Shown one piece after another: positions 1-21,100 of a stretch of 64,000 nt of DNA. The DNA comes from Camelus dromedarius (lineage: Eukaryota): the NCBI RefSeq assembly GCF_036321535.1, contig NC_087454.1, positions 20,026,001-20,090,000 on the forward strand, given 5' to 3'. The notes under the pieces were generated by a model that had not been told where the DNA came from, searched no databases, and saw nothing but the letters and a program-made list of their open reading frames with translations. The position numbers and the translations under genes were made by a program. Within the stretch, counting starts at the first letter, position 1, and every line of letters starts with the position of its first letter.

Positions 1-271
1 ACATGCAGATGTTTGTATAGTGTGTAGGTCAGAGAATAGATTTGGGAGTTAAGAAAGAGAAATCATTTGATGAGAAGAGACCTCATATAGAAGTCTTTAA
101 ATTAAACATCCCAACAGGGCATCAAGATGGATGGGGTGGGGGTGGGGGTGGGGGGAAGGCAATGGATGATGAATTTGTCAAGTGTCCACTATGCACCAGG
201 GGCTTTAAGTAAAGACCCACTAAGTAACAAGGAGAATCTAAAGAGCTGGGGGAGCCAGTTTCATGAGATCA

Positions 272-8972
<8,701 letters not shown>

Positions 8973-9562
8973 AACTGAGCCGGCAGGGGGAGAAGGGGAG
9001 GGGTCTTTGGATAGGTTTACGCAGAATAAGCGAAAACAAGGGAGGAAGGAGAGTGGGGGCTTGAGGAACAGCAGAAAAAAATAAACACAATAGTTTCTGA
9101 CAGAAGAGCTGGGGGAAAAAAACAGGGAGAAGACTCATCAGTCATGAGCTGGGCCTTCACAGCCTTTTCTATACCCACACTCTTCCTGCTCTCCCTAAAC
9201 TATGAAACATTTATTTACCTGGAAAGAAAAGTAACAAAGGAACAAAACATAATAGCAAAAGGCAAACATAATACAGGTAATAGAGAAAGTGGCCCCAAGG
9301 GAGGTAGTTAGGACACAGGTTCCCAAGGAGACAGGATAGGAGAAGCAGAAAAAGCTAAGTTGTAAGGGCAAGACCAGCTTATACATAGTCTTGGTCTGTG
9401 ACGGTAGTGAGGGGAAAAAAACCCGTGAAAAACAAAACATGACTAATGACTGAAGAGAGCGGAGAATGAAGGCGGAAATGACCAAAAAAAGAAAAAAAAA
9501 TCCTCAATGGACGACCTTGGTGCTTTCCCTACAATCTCAAAGCGTCAACCTCTAACATAGCA

Positions 9563-9639
9563 GCCATCAGTCAAGGGTGATAGATTCAAGTCGTCATTGC
9601 GCAAAGCGCTTATCTTTCAAAATGAAAACATCATGTGGC
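9563..9639 (-). ncRNA. SNORD84: C/D box snoRNA SNORD84
   Basis: Minus strand GCCACATGATGTTTTCATTTTGAAAGATAAGCGCTTTGCGCAATGACG…TCTATCACCCTTGACTGATGGC, with box C, box D and terminal stem GCAGCC/GGCTGC; in DDX39B intron 1. Confidence 0.92.
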
Positions 9640-10067
9640 TGCCATCCACCTCTCCCACCCAGCACTCCAGCCTCTCAGTCCTCACTAACCTCCTTCTGAT
9701 GCTTAAGAAATCCTTAATCAATGGGGGGGGGGGGCAGAGAAATGGCCCGGCCAGAAAAAACTCCTTCATACGATGAGTAAAAAGGTAATAATTGAGAAAG
9801 ATGTATTCTCGTTCCAGCTAACAGAACCTTTACCAAGTGGTCTCACAGCACCGTTGGGCTACTCCTCAGGGACGACTCCTTTCCGAAAAACACAATGACA
9901 CCACTCGTCAACATTTGGACAGCGCTCCAAATAATGGTGGACAAGTAAAGTCCAACTAGGCCCAGAAGCCAACTACTTCCACCGCGGGCCGAGGGCTCAG
10001 AGAAAAGCGGGAAGGTGAGAAGAGCCCCGCCTTCCCCCAAAGCCCAGGATCAGAGAACGCCTAACAC

Positions 10068-10520
10068 CTCCTATCACGGTCGCTGGGGCCTCTGATAAAT
10101 TAGGAGTCCACTGGAGGAGCGAAGAGCAAAGGAAACACAATGGCGGCGAAGCCACCATCTTGGATTGACCCCCTAGATTTCCTACCTCCCCCTGAAAATT
10201 ATTGCTCCCGAAAGAGATGCAAACGATGGATGTAATGACCCAATCAGACCCCAGCGACCAGACCAGAGCCTATACTGTGGTTATCAGGAGCCCATGAGAC
10301 AGGATGGCCGCAGAGGAACGCAGATGGACGTGGATGGTACGGAAGGCCAAGGCTTACCTGGGCAAGGCGAAGACGTATGGCGGCGGCAACAGAGACGAAG
10401 GAGGGAATCTGCCTTCACTTCCGGTTCCCGGCTTCCCTCTACCCAGGTCTCCCGCCTTCTGGGCTGCGAGAGCGCAGACGCAAGGGACCGGAAGAAGGAC
10501 CTTCCACTGTTCTATAGTTC
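10068..10520 (-). promoter_or_regulatory. DDX39B non-coding exon 1 and CpG-rich promoter
   Basis: Donor GAG|GTGTTAG at 10068/10067. YY1-type motifs CAATGGCGGC (~10139-10147) and CCATCTT (10155-10161). ETS cores ACTTCCGG (~10427) and CCGGAAG (~10488). The exon-2 acceptor is probably at 9108. Confidence 0.7.
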
Positions 10521-11569
10521 CGCACGCTCCCTGGTTGTCTTTAGAGATGCCTGTGTGAAAAAAAAATTTTTAAGCCACTTCTAAGTGCTCCGCTACTGCC
10601 AGTAACAAAAGCATAAAGGAGACTAGCATCTTCTCAGATGGTTATTTTTTTCTTCTTGTCCTACTCTTTTCCACGCCCTTCTCCTCTTTATTTAGGTTCT
10701 TGCCACGCAGGTCTTCTCTCTGGGCACCCCTCCGGGGGGCACGAGGACCCAAGGTGGCGGGACTGAGAGTTCCCACGGGGTCCTTGGCCCGGTAGTCAAG
10801 GTGACCTGGGGGCGTTGGAGCGGGAGCTAGGGGACTGCAGGCTCCAGGTGAGAGAAGCGAGTGCTCACGGTCCTACCTCTACCCTTTCCCTAGCCGTAGG
10901 GCAGGCGGGCGGCATTTACCCAAAATAAAGTGGGCCGATGTAGCTGATGCCTTAAGGTCCCTGAAGTTCGTGGACTTGGACTGCGAATCAGAAAGGTGTT
11001 CTGAAGCCACCGTATGGGGGACGGGGTCTAGATTCTGCCCCAAGTGTTAAAGATAAATGGTAGGGCTGGAGGGTTATGTAACATTTTATAAATATTGTTA
11101 ATTTGACCAGAATGTACTTAGCCCCGCCCCCAGTAGCTCCTTTGTTCAGCCTGGATTTTTCTTGAATAAAACATTTGATGTGTCCCTCCCCAACCCCCGC
11201 CTTTATATGCTACAGAAGTCAAATGTGACATAACAAAAATGACAAACGTTTGGCCCTTTACCTGTTGTCACACTTAACCACTTAACATCATGGTGTATCA
11301 TTAATACCATTCTATAATAAGCAAGCAGATTTAGAGTAATAAAGCAACATGTCCAAAGTAATACAGCTAACAGGTGACAGAGCCAAAATGTACACATCTC
11401 TTTATTCTCTACTGTATACTTTCCACCTGCTTCAAGAGTCTAGTTAATAAACTACGGATTATCTCATTGGTTTAAGTACTTGATGAAACAGGCTTGTTTC
11501 CTGTGGTCAAAAGAACAGTAATCCAAGGATGGTGTCATGGAAGGGCAGTTTTTCCAACCCACAATATCA

Positions 11570-11765
11570 ATTTTTTTCAACAGTATTTATCAATTGTCTA
11601 TCCTGTGCCAAGTGCCATCCTAGGATCTGGGGACGCAGCAGTGAACACCTGTGATCACAGAGTTCACATAATAGGGGAGACAACACATAAACATGTCAAG
11701 TATTGATAAGTGCTACGAAGGAAAATAAAGCAACGTAAGGGGCAGAGTGCTTGTTCCTACATCCT
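11570..11765 (-). mobile_element. L2 LINE 3' fragment
   Basis: caacagtatttatcaattgtctatcctgtgccaagtgccatcctagg… is the reverse complement of the typical L2 3' end. Confidence 0.6.
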
Positions 11766-12003
11766 AGCTTTTCTCTACAGTTGCCATCTTTAGTCCTCAG
11801 GTTCCCAAAGGAGGAACCACTTGTTTCTCACTTTAGAGAAAAAATTACGTACCATTTGCTTTTGTTTCTCCAACAAGCTTCAAAGGACAGCCCTTTTGGC
11901 TGTTTGGGGAATCCGTAAACAAGGAACAAGAGTGACTGAAAATGAGAAATGATGAAACAAAAGGAGGCTGATTCAAACCACCAATCGATTTGCCCATAAT
12001 TAT

Positions 12004-12023
12004 TTTATTGACACTTTTTTATT
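12004..12023 (-). terminator. Tandem AATAAA polyadenylation signals, probably for ATP6V1G2
   Basis: tttatt at 12004-12009 and 12018-12023, about 0.9 kb past the inferred stop codon. Confidence 0.55.
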
Positions 12024-12920
12024 GTTACAAAGGCAAAGTAAGGTGTTGAAGATGTAGAAAGGAAGGCCATGCATACGAGGGAACAGGGTCACTTTAGATC
12101 TCAGGAAGCAGTGAACATCTGATGGGTCTTTGGAGAATTAGGGAGAGAGGGAAATCCAATAAAGAGAAAGACCAATTTAAGAGAGACAAAAAGAGAGGCT
12201 AAGAAATGCAAACATCTTCCTGGAACCACAGTAGAGAGGCTAAATGAGATCATCATTTCATTTTTTCAGGGATCATAAGGTCTCTGGGAAAAGAGGTGGG
12301 AAGAACCAATTCTTTAGAGAATTACTCGCACCACAGAATGAATGAGTAGAATTAGAAAGCCACAGACAGAAGTGAGGAATCAGCTGTGTTTAGGTTTTGG
12401 TAGGTGGGCAGGGAATAGTAATAATATAACAGGGTTGCCATTTATTGGACCACAGCTACCACATGCCAGAAACCATGCTAGGCTCTTTACGGAAGAATCC
12501 TAGTAATTGCAGCAACCCTGCAAAGTAGGCATGATTGTTACTATTCCAGTCTTGCAGAGGACACTGGGGCTACAGCTGAAGTAGCTTGTCCTGGTTGCCA
12601 AGCCAGCAAGTGGCAGGGTTGGGAGAGAGACCCAAGCCTTCCAGGCTTTGAAGTTAGTATTTTCCACATCCCTATTTCTCCATGCTACAAATTTCATGAG
12701 GGTGACTTGGGAGTTTATGAGGTCCCACTGAAGGTTAAAGGACAATCAGGAGATTCAGGTCTCAGCAGGACATTTATGAATTTCAAGGGAGAATTATTGG
12801 AGCCTGCTTCCAAGAATTTCTAGGGAGTGGAAAGGAGAGAAGGATTATGGTGGGAGGTGATTTTGACTTAGGGAGTTCTTTGAAGGAAGGAACTGGCAGG
12901 AGGAGTCAGGCCCTGGGGTG

Positions 12921-14076
12921 NNNNNNNNNNNNNNNNNNNNNNNNNNNNNNNNNNNNNNNNNNNNNNNNNNNNNNNNNNNNNNNNNNNNNNNNNNNNNNNN
13001 NNNNNNNNNNNNNNNNNNNNNNNNNNNNNNNNNNNNNNNNNNNNNNNNNNNNNNNNNNNNNNNNNNNNNNNNNNNNNNNNNNNNNNNNNNNNNNNNNNNN
13101 NNNNNNNNNNNNNNNNGGAGGAGTGGAAGAGAGAAAGGAAAAGGCAGAAACAGAAAAAGAAGCATCCAGGCATGTGGAGGGAAGGATCCTGGAGCCAGGC
13201 CAGGAAGAAAGGCCCTCTCCAAAACCACTCCCATCCACGGTAGTATCCAGACACCAAAGAGAGCCACACAACGCCCTCTCCTCTAAGACCTGACATGCAG
13301 CATCATCCTAAAACCGACCGTACAATCCCCACCATCTCACCACCATGCCCATAAAGCTCTGCCTTCCACCCCAAATGTCATCATCATACTCTACATAAAA
13401 TGTGGCGATTCCCCCCACCTCCCTAAACTGTACAAGCCCTTCAAAACTTCCAGACTCTTTTACATACCACAAAGCTTGACCAATGTCATGGTCCTCGCCA
13501 GGGTCCCCTTTAGCCCTTTACCACCTTATTTTCTTGTGGGATCACCCTATACACACCTCACCAGAGGTATCCACCAACTTGCACCCTGGAGTCCCCTCCC
13601 AGCTTCCCCAGGACTCACCGCCTGCTGCTTGCTCTGGAATTCCTGTTCTCTTTCTCTGCGGTATTGCTCCACTTCCATCTGTGCCTCTTCCTTTGCCTGC
13701 TTCAGACGCCGGGCCTTTCCTGGAAGCAAAAGGAAGGACAGAGGTGTAGAACCCCCCCCCCCCCACCAAATGTGATGGTAGGGGTCAGTCCTTTCCAAAA
13801 AGTTATTCTGCCTTCTCTCAGCCAACCAGGTGCTAGATTCCAACAGCCACCCATTTCTTCCCTTCTAAGAAGCCACTGCAGCCCCCAGCTGTCTCCCTCC
13901 TCTCCAGCCTTGAGTTATCCCAAGGACTCAAAAATGTTTGTTATCACGTCCAATTTTCTTTCCAGACTTCTAACGGAGACATGAGGAGACTCACTCTTTC
14001 TGGCATCTGCCACCTTCTCAGCCGCCCGCTTCTCGGCTTGCAGGAGCTGCTGGATACCTTGGGACTGACTGGCCAT
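12921..14076 (-). CDS. ATP6V1G2: V-type proton ATPase subunit G2
   Basis: Exon 13995-14076 (MASQSQGIQQLLQAEKRAAEKVADARK, 82 nt) and exon 13619-13719 (RKARRLKQAKEEAQMEVEQYRREREQEFQSKQQA, 101 nt). The third coding exon is hidden in N-run 12921-13116, so the stop position is not visible and the start coordinate is approximate. Confidence 0.95.
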
Positions 14077-14879
14077 TTGTGTCGTTATGACCGATGATGT
14101 TTCAGATGCTACCAAGGTACCAGATGGCTCCCCCTTCTTTCCTCTCCAAACCGCCTACTTCTCCTCCTCCAGCTGTTTGCTGCAGCCTTCCCCTACCCCT
14201 GGGTCTTAGTGCTCCCCTTTTCACTCAGCCTCCTGCGCCCGGTGTCTCCCCCAAAATGATCCTCCCATTGATGGCTGGTCCTCTTCCACATCTCACTCTG
14301 GCAGTACCCAGAAGAACCGCCTGAGGGCAGCAGAGACCACGCCCAAAGCTGCCTGCTAACATCATAGACTTTCCCAGTAGGAAGATCTAGGAATGGGGGC
14401 AGGGGTAGAGAGGAAAGGAGTACTGGGGAGAGGAGGCATAGAGGGATTAAAAATGGGTTGAGGAGAAAAAGAAATTATCATGCGTGGCGTGTTGGGAACA
14501 GAGTATGCTGGGCTTCTCTGAATTCTTCCAATTTCTCTTCCTCTCTTTTTTCTCCCTGCCATTTCCATCTCATTTTTCTACATCTTTCCCAATTCCAAAT
14601 TTCTGCACCCATCTCACTTTCCTTGTCCTACTGTTGCTCCTCGTGTTTTTTTATGTCTGTGTTTTTCTCTTTTATGACCTGTCCCTCTTCTTGGCCTCAC
14701 TATGGTTTTGGGTTTGGTTTTCCATTTTCACTGTGATGTTTATCCTGTTTTTATATTCTCCTATTTTCTCTCTTCTCATCTTTTTGTCTACCACTGAACC
14801 ATCTCCTCTCTCTTCTCAGTTGGGGGAGGCGGGCTTAAACCTCCAAATAGCCCTTGCCTATGCTCCTTTTCATCGCATA

Positions 14880-15170
14880 TCGCATTATCGTCCAGTCTTC
14901 CGGTTTCAGACGGACCGTTTGTCTTGAGTTCCCTAGTTTCCCCCCCGGAGGCTACAGCGAGGAAACGCCTCCCGCCCCCTTGGGGCGGAAGGACATCGGT
15001 AACGCGCCACACAGTTCATTTCCGCCCTTCACCTGCGTCTTGGCTTGCGCCATTTCCGTCAGCCTAGAGTGTCTCCGCCCTTCCCGCCTCCCTTCCTCCG
15101 AGCGTCTTAAACACAGGCCTTGAGCCTACTGCTCCGGGGGTACTTAGGGGGGCGGGGGGGGGGCAGGTCT
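14880..15170. promoter_or_regulatory. CpG-rich divergent promoter region between ATP6V1G2 and NFKBIL1
   Basis: CpG-dense, with GC boxes (ccgcccc/gggcgg), ETS cores (TTCCGG/TTCCG), E-box CACCTG at 15030-15035 and a G-tract just 5' of the NFKBIL1 ATG. Confidence 0.75.
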
Positions 15171-15171
15171 G

Positions 15172-18100
15172 ATGAGTAACCCCTCCCCCCAAGTCCCAGA
15201 GGGAGAAGCCTCTACATCCGTCTACCGGGTACATCATATTCAATTTCTAGATCATTATTTGAAATTATCCCTGACTTTTTAAGATTCAAATTTCTTTTGA
15301 TAAAAATTTACCCCACCAGTCTGTTTTTTATTATATAACAAAGTCCTTTATTTAAAAAAAAATGGACTAGTGAGCCTTGAAGTAATCATTTATCCTTTCC
15401 TCAAATTTTACATTAAAAAAGTAAATGTAACCCCAGCCCCCCTCAAAAATTTTTTCAAACCTATCGCCTGGTAAAGGAATGAGGGTTAGGACAGGCCTTA
15501 TCTCTAGCTGAAGATGTCAGAAGAAATGGGGAACGGAAGGGAGAAACAATGTCAGAGATGGAAGGGAAAGGACCATCCAAGGCTGGGGGTCCTGACTGCT
15601 GCATTTTTTTCCTTCTTCCTCAGCCCAAGAGTTCCATGGCCTCCACTTCCCGTCGCCAACGCCGAGAACGTCGCTTCCGTCGTTATTTGTCTGCAGGACG
15701 GCTGGTTCGGGCCCAAGCCCTCCTCCAGAGACACCCAGGCCTTGATGTAGATGCTGGGCAGCCCCCACCACTGCACCGGGCCTGTGCCCGCCATGATGCC
15801 CCTGCCCTGTGCCTGCTCCTTCGGCTTGGAGCTGACCCTGCCCACCAGGACCGCCACGGGGACACGGCACTGCATGCTGCTGCCCGCCAGGGCCCTGATG
15901 GTGAGTCTGCCTGGTGGGGGACAAGGTCATGAACAACTGATGGGGTCTGAGACCAATGGTTGAAGGCCAGTGGTTGAAAAATAAGCTAGTTTTCTGGTCA
16001 TGGGACTTAGGGAAGTAGTTGATCAAGTTGGCTTGTGGCTATCATTTGTGCCTTTACATTATTCCCCAAACAGCAACTAGTATCTGGTTTCACATCTTTC
16101 CGGATTAGTAGCTTCTTTGTCTCTTGACTGGTTGTTGCCTGTAGTGCAAAAAGTAGAATAGAGGGTACTCTCCGGAGTTACATCGCCTGGGTTCAAATCC
16201 CAGCTCCACACTTAATAGCTGTGTATTCTTAGGCAAGTTACTAAACTTTGCTGATCTTTAATTTGCCCATGTGGAAAATAAAATAATAACCCTTGTTGTG
16301 TGCCAGGTGCTTCTCACACAGCAACTCATTTAATTCTTACGACTACCCTATGAAGTTATAAATACTCATATCATCCCCCATTTCTCAGATGCAGAAACAG
16401 CACAGAGAAGTTAAGTAATTTGCCAAAGTCACACAGCTATTAAGTGGTAGAGCAGGGGTTGTATCCCAGGCAGCCTAACTAGACTACCCATGCTCTTAAA
16501 TATCTGCTCTATCTGGTGTGATACTTTATAGAATTATACAGTGATAATGCCCGTGTTCACAGTGCCCGTGTTGTGACACGTGTTTTGAGAATCAGCTGAC
16601 ACCATACATAATTAAAGCACCTGACACATGATAAGCACTCTAGTTGCTGGCCACTATTCCTGTGGTTATCAACAGATGCATCCTCTCTTACCCTTAGTTC
16701 TGAAACTCAAAAACACTCTTGAGAATGAAACATTTTTCGTCAGTTTGCCACCAAACTCATTTGGTGACAAAACCTAACCTGAACTAAAATGAGGCTATCT
16801 CTGATATGTTTTTCTCTTATTGATGTCAATATTCATACATTTCACTGCAGAAACATTAATGCATTTGGGGACTGGGGCTGCCCAGGCTCTCCTGGGTTAC
16901 ATAATATACAGTGTGCAGTTGTCCCTTGATGTCCAAGAGGGATTGGTTCCAGGACCCACCTCCCTGAATCCCAAAATCCACAGATGCTCAAGTCCCTTAT
17001 ATAAAATGACATAATATTTGCATCTAGCCTACATACTATCTTCTTGTTACTTTAAATCATTTCTAGATTACTTGTAATACCTGATACAATGTCAATGCTA
17101 TGTAAGTAGTTGCAGGAAAGCATCAAATTCAATTTTTGCTATTTGGAACTTTCTGTAATTTTATTTTTCCTGAATGTTTTAGATCTGTGGTTGGTTGAAG
17201 CTGCAGATGTGGAACCCAAGTATATGGAGGGCCGACTCTATGTACTTTCAGATCAACTCAGTCAAATCCCCAAAAATATCTGCATTCTGGAAAGCCTTCG
17301 ATATGGAGGGTTTCAGATGGGGACCTGTTAATACTATAGTGGCAGTGGAGGGAGCTCTGTAGAGGTACAGCTCTCCCTAGGAAGATAGTAGGTGAAATCC
17401 CCTTTCCCCTTCTAGAGATTTTCCTTCTCGAGTAAGAACGTTAGATGAAAACCTCTAGGTTGAGATGAGCAACCTGAACTCAGTTTGATTGCTGTTATCA
17501 TCCCCCAGCTCTCCAAGAATATACAGGAACCCCACCCACACCCTGGAACCTCCCCAATTTGGTCAAAAATCCCCTTTTCTTTAACTCCCCTAACATGAGT
17601 GAGATAGGCTGGCCTACTCGGATTTTTTTTAACTTAAAAACAAAGAGAGAAGGTCTTCAAAGGGCAGGCATCCAACTTGACAGCTGCCACTGTACGTGGC
17701 AACAGAGCAGAGTACCCTGAGACAGACCTCAGACCCCATCCAAGTTCCAGCTCTGTCACTTAAAGGCTGTGTGATGGGGACATGCAGCTTAGCCTCTACA
17801 AATCCAATCTGCTTCTCTAAAGTGGAAGTTGTGACTAGTAAATGAGGCAAGCACTTGGTGCAGTTTTGGTACTCGCCAGATGATAAGAACTGATATTTTT
17901 ATTCTTACATTATTTAACTAAGGCTTTCTGAGTAACAAAAATTTCCCTCATAGAAGATAGGTGCTTTCTTCATCATACTGAATTCTAAGAAGCATATGAG
18001 ATTGATATTATTATTCCATATACAGATGAGGGAAGCAGGGCCCAGAAGGTTCAAGACCTTGCTGAAATCTCACTTGTACTCAGGTCACTCCCAAGCCCTC

Positions 18101-21100
18101 TCAGGCCTTCTTTCCTCCCAATCCTCTGCCAGCCCTGCCAGCAGGTGGCCTTCTAACTCCTTGGTAGAAAGGCCCATCTCTGGAGACCACTGCCTTAAAA
18201 TGCAAATGTTTTCTTTGAACAGATGAAATGACCCAGAATCTCCTGGGGGAGTGGAGGTTTTCCCTCAGTTCCTGTGTCAGGTCTGAGGGACGTGCCAGTT
18301 CATGCTGGAGTGGCTGGGCTGGGTTGTCACATCCAGTGAGGTGCCAGTGGATGGCACTGCTTTTGAAGCCTTTGAGTGAACGTTGAGAAACAGGAGGTCA
18401 TTTTCTCACAGTCTTTGTAAAAAGAACAAGTCCAAAGCCAGCTTAGTTTTTTTTTTTTTTTCTTTTTTTAATGTAACATTCACTGCACTTCTGCTCTGTG
18501 CCAGCACAGTATTAGACATTTCCCACCCATTACCCACTTTGATCTGCTCAGTAGAAGTAGGCTGTGGCCCTGCTTTACAGATGACTGAGCCATCCGGTTT
18601 ACGTTCCCTTTGCCTTTCCAACTTTATCTCTCACAGGACACCTACAAATCTGCAACTTGTGCTACATGGTTCTGTCTTCAGTGACCCCAAGCATCTTTTC
18701 AGCAAACCTGCCTGTCTGTTATCTGTCTCTTGCCTTTCACTTTCCTGTCCACCTTGCTAAGTTTTCCACCTTGCTGAGTTATTTTCCCTTCTCAGCCAGT
18801 GTAAGCCCCACCTCCTTCTAGAAGCCCTCTCCAACCACTCGGCCCACTGTTACCTTTTCTTCCTCTGCACCGCAGTCAGTCGTCACTCAACATAAGCTTT
18901 TGATACAGGCAGTTTTTTCAAAATATGTCATACCAGTTAGTATGAACATCTCTTTAAGGTAGAAATCATGTCTCATTATGGGGAGAAGAGCAGTGCTTCC
19001 ATCACTAAGATGAAGTGTGGGTTTTTTCATATTTTTCCCAAAATAAAAGTAGAACATGTTAATTAAAGAACATTGAGAAAAGTTGATCTTAGACTGCTAA
19101 ATTGATGGAAAAGTCAGCATTTCACATCACTAGAGGGGGGTGGTGAACTATTTAATAAATGGTACTAGACTATTTGGCTTCTCTGGGGAAGAGTTTTAGC
19201 TCACAGCCAACTCAAAAGTAAATTACAGTAGATTAATCATCTAAATATGACAGGAAGGATACATACCAAATGCATGGGAGGGTTTTCCCTGCACAGTGGA
19301 GGGTGGGGTGGATAAAACTTGGAAGAATCAAGAAAAGCTTAGCTTTATCTATGATGTTTTTACTTCTTTAAAGTAAAATGATGTTGTAAAAATGAAAGTA
19401 CATTAACATACCTCATATGTTAGCAGGAATAGGGATGCTTATCGTACTGTGCTTTACATTTTTTTTTCAGTTTTTTTTCTTTTTTTTGTCTTTATCTTTT
19501 TATTTACTTACTTATTTTTGATGGAGGTACTAGGGATTGAACCCAAGACCTCGTGCATGCTAAGCACACACTCTACCACTGAGCTATACCCACCCACCTC
19601 AGTTTTTTATATTTCTAAAAAATAAATGTGATAGGAAGAAATACAAAGGAATGACCTTGGAGTGGATAAAACCTTCCTAAGAGTGAAATAAAGTCAAAAT
19701 CTATAAAAGAAAATATTGTTTCAGATTTAACTACATAAACACTTTAAGAAGACAGATGGGAGAAAATAATTACAATATATGTAACAGATGCAAGGGATTG
19801 ATATCTATACTGTATTAAGAGCTCTCATGTCTGCATATATAATTTCTAGGGGGAAAACAGACAAAGAATATGACAATTTATTTTCAAGAGAAACACAAAG
19901 AGCCAGAAAGCATATGAAAAAGAAAAATCTTTCATTAGTAAAGTCGTTTGTTTAATCTATCAGATGGGCAAAATTTAAAGGGTTGGTAATACTCAGGTTT
20001 GGTAAAGGATGACACAAGCACTCGTATATTCTTGATGAAGTGTTGGCCAAACTTTTTGAAAGCAGTTTGGCAAAACTGTACATATTGTTTGACTCAGAAA
20101 TTCCACTTCTGAGAATCTACCCCCACAGAAGTACTGTAAGGAGTCCACAAAAACGGATGCGTGAGGCTCATCATTTTTGGAAACAGAGTCTGTCTTTTGG
20201 GGGTGGGAAGATTTGTTTGTTTCATACACACAGCAGAACACTACACAGTCATAAAAAAGAATGAGTTAGACTATGTCTACTCCTGTGGAAAATATAAATG
20301 AGGTGTTAAGTGAAAAAAACAAGTTGTCAAACAGTACATTGTAGTATGGTCACATATCTCTGAAAAGAAATTATCATTATGTATGTCTATATACACCAAG
20401 ACAAGACTGGAAGGGTCCATAGCAAATTGTTAACAGTGATTAAATTTATTACTCATTCTTTAAAAAAAAATTTCATATTATGTCCCTTTCACATAAAAAC
20501 ATCAGCTAAGACTGGGGGAAAGCCACCCATAGTCCTACCACTCAGAGACTAGAAGTTTTACATCTTTCCCTCCAGGCTATTTTTTCAACCATAGGATTTG
20601 GTCTCTTTTTTTATGCAGTTGTGATAGGATCCAATGCACAGTTTTGAGGTGAGCTTTTTCCACACACAAACATAATTTTTAGTGGCTGTTTAACATTCTG
20701 TAGCAGATTCTACTTATCATGTTTTATATAGTTGGAGGACTTGCTCCTTAAAATCTGTGAATTTAAAAGCCTCCCATGCAAGCCTGAGCATCCACCTACC
20801 TTCACACTGGCTATGAACCCTGGTGGGGAATAAACAGTTGAAAGACAAGACCAGGTACTTGCTGGGTGGGACAGGTTGGGAGGGCTTGTGATGGGTCACA
20901 TCGGTACTAAAGCCAAGCACCCTCAGCCCTCATCCTGATGTGGTTTGGGTGGGGTGACATGCAAGTGTGCCAGGAGGTGAGTGGGGGCAGTGGGCCTTGG
21001 CCAGCCAAGGTTGGACCCAGTCTGTCTTCTGCTTTCCTGGCAGTGGCAGGACAACCCTTCCACTGTCCTGTCCTTTTGCAAGGTAGCCAGTATGTTCTAG

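Noticed and set aside
133-155. G-quadruplex motif (GGGGT)n in DDX39B intron 10
   Set aside because: The motif is real, but such tracts are common in this GC-rich region and nothing suggests function.
9131-9160. CATGACTGATG on the minus strand, resembling the 3' end of SNORD117, as a possible third snoRNA
   Set aside because: No box C or terminal stem 60-90 nt upstream, and no TCTATCACCC guide.
10560-13619. ATP6V1G2-DDX39B read-through transcript known in human
   Set aside because: The tandem same-strand arrangement is present, but read-through splicing cannot be shown from genomic sequence alone.
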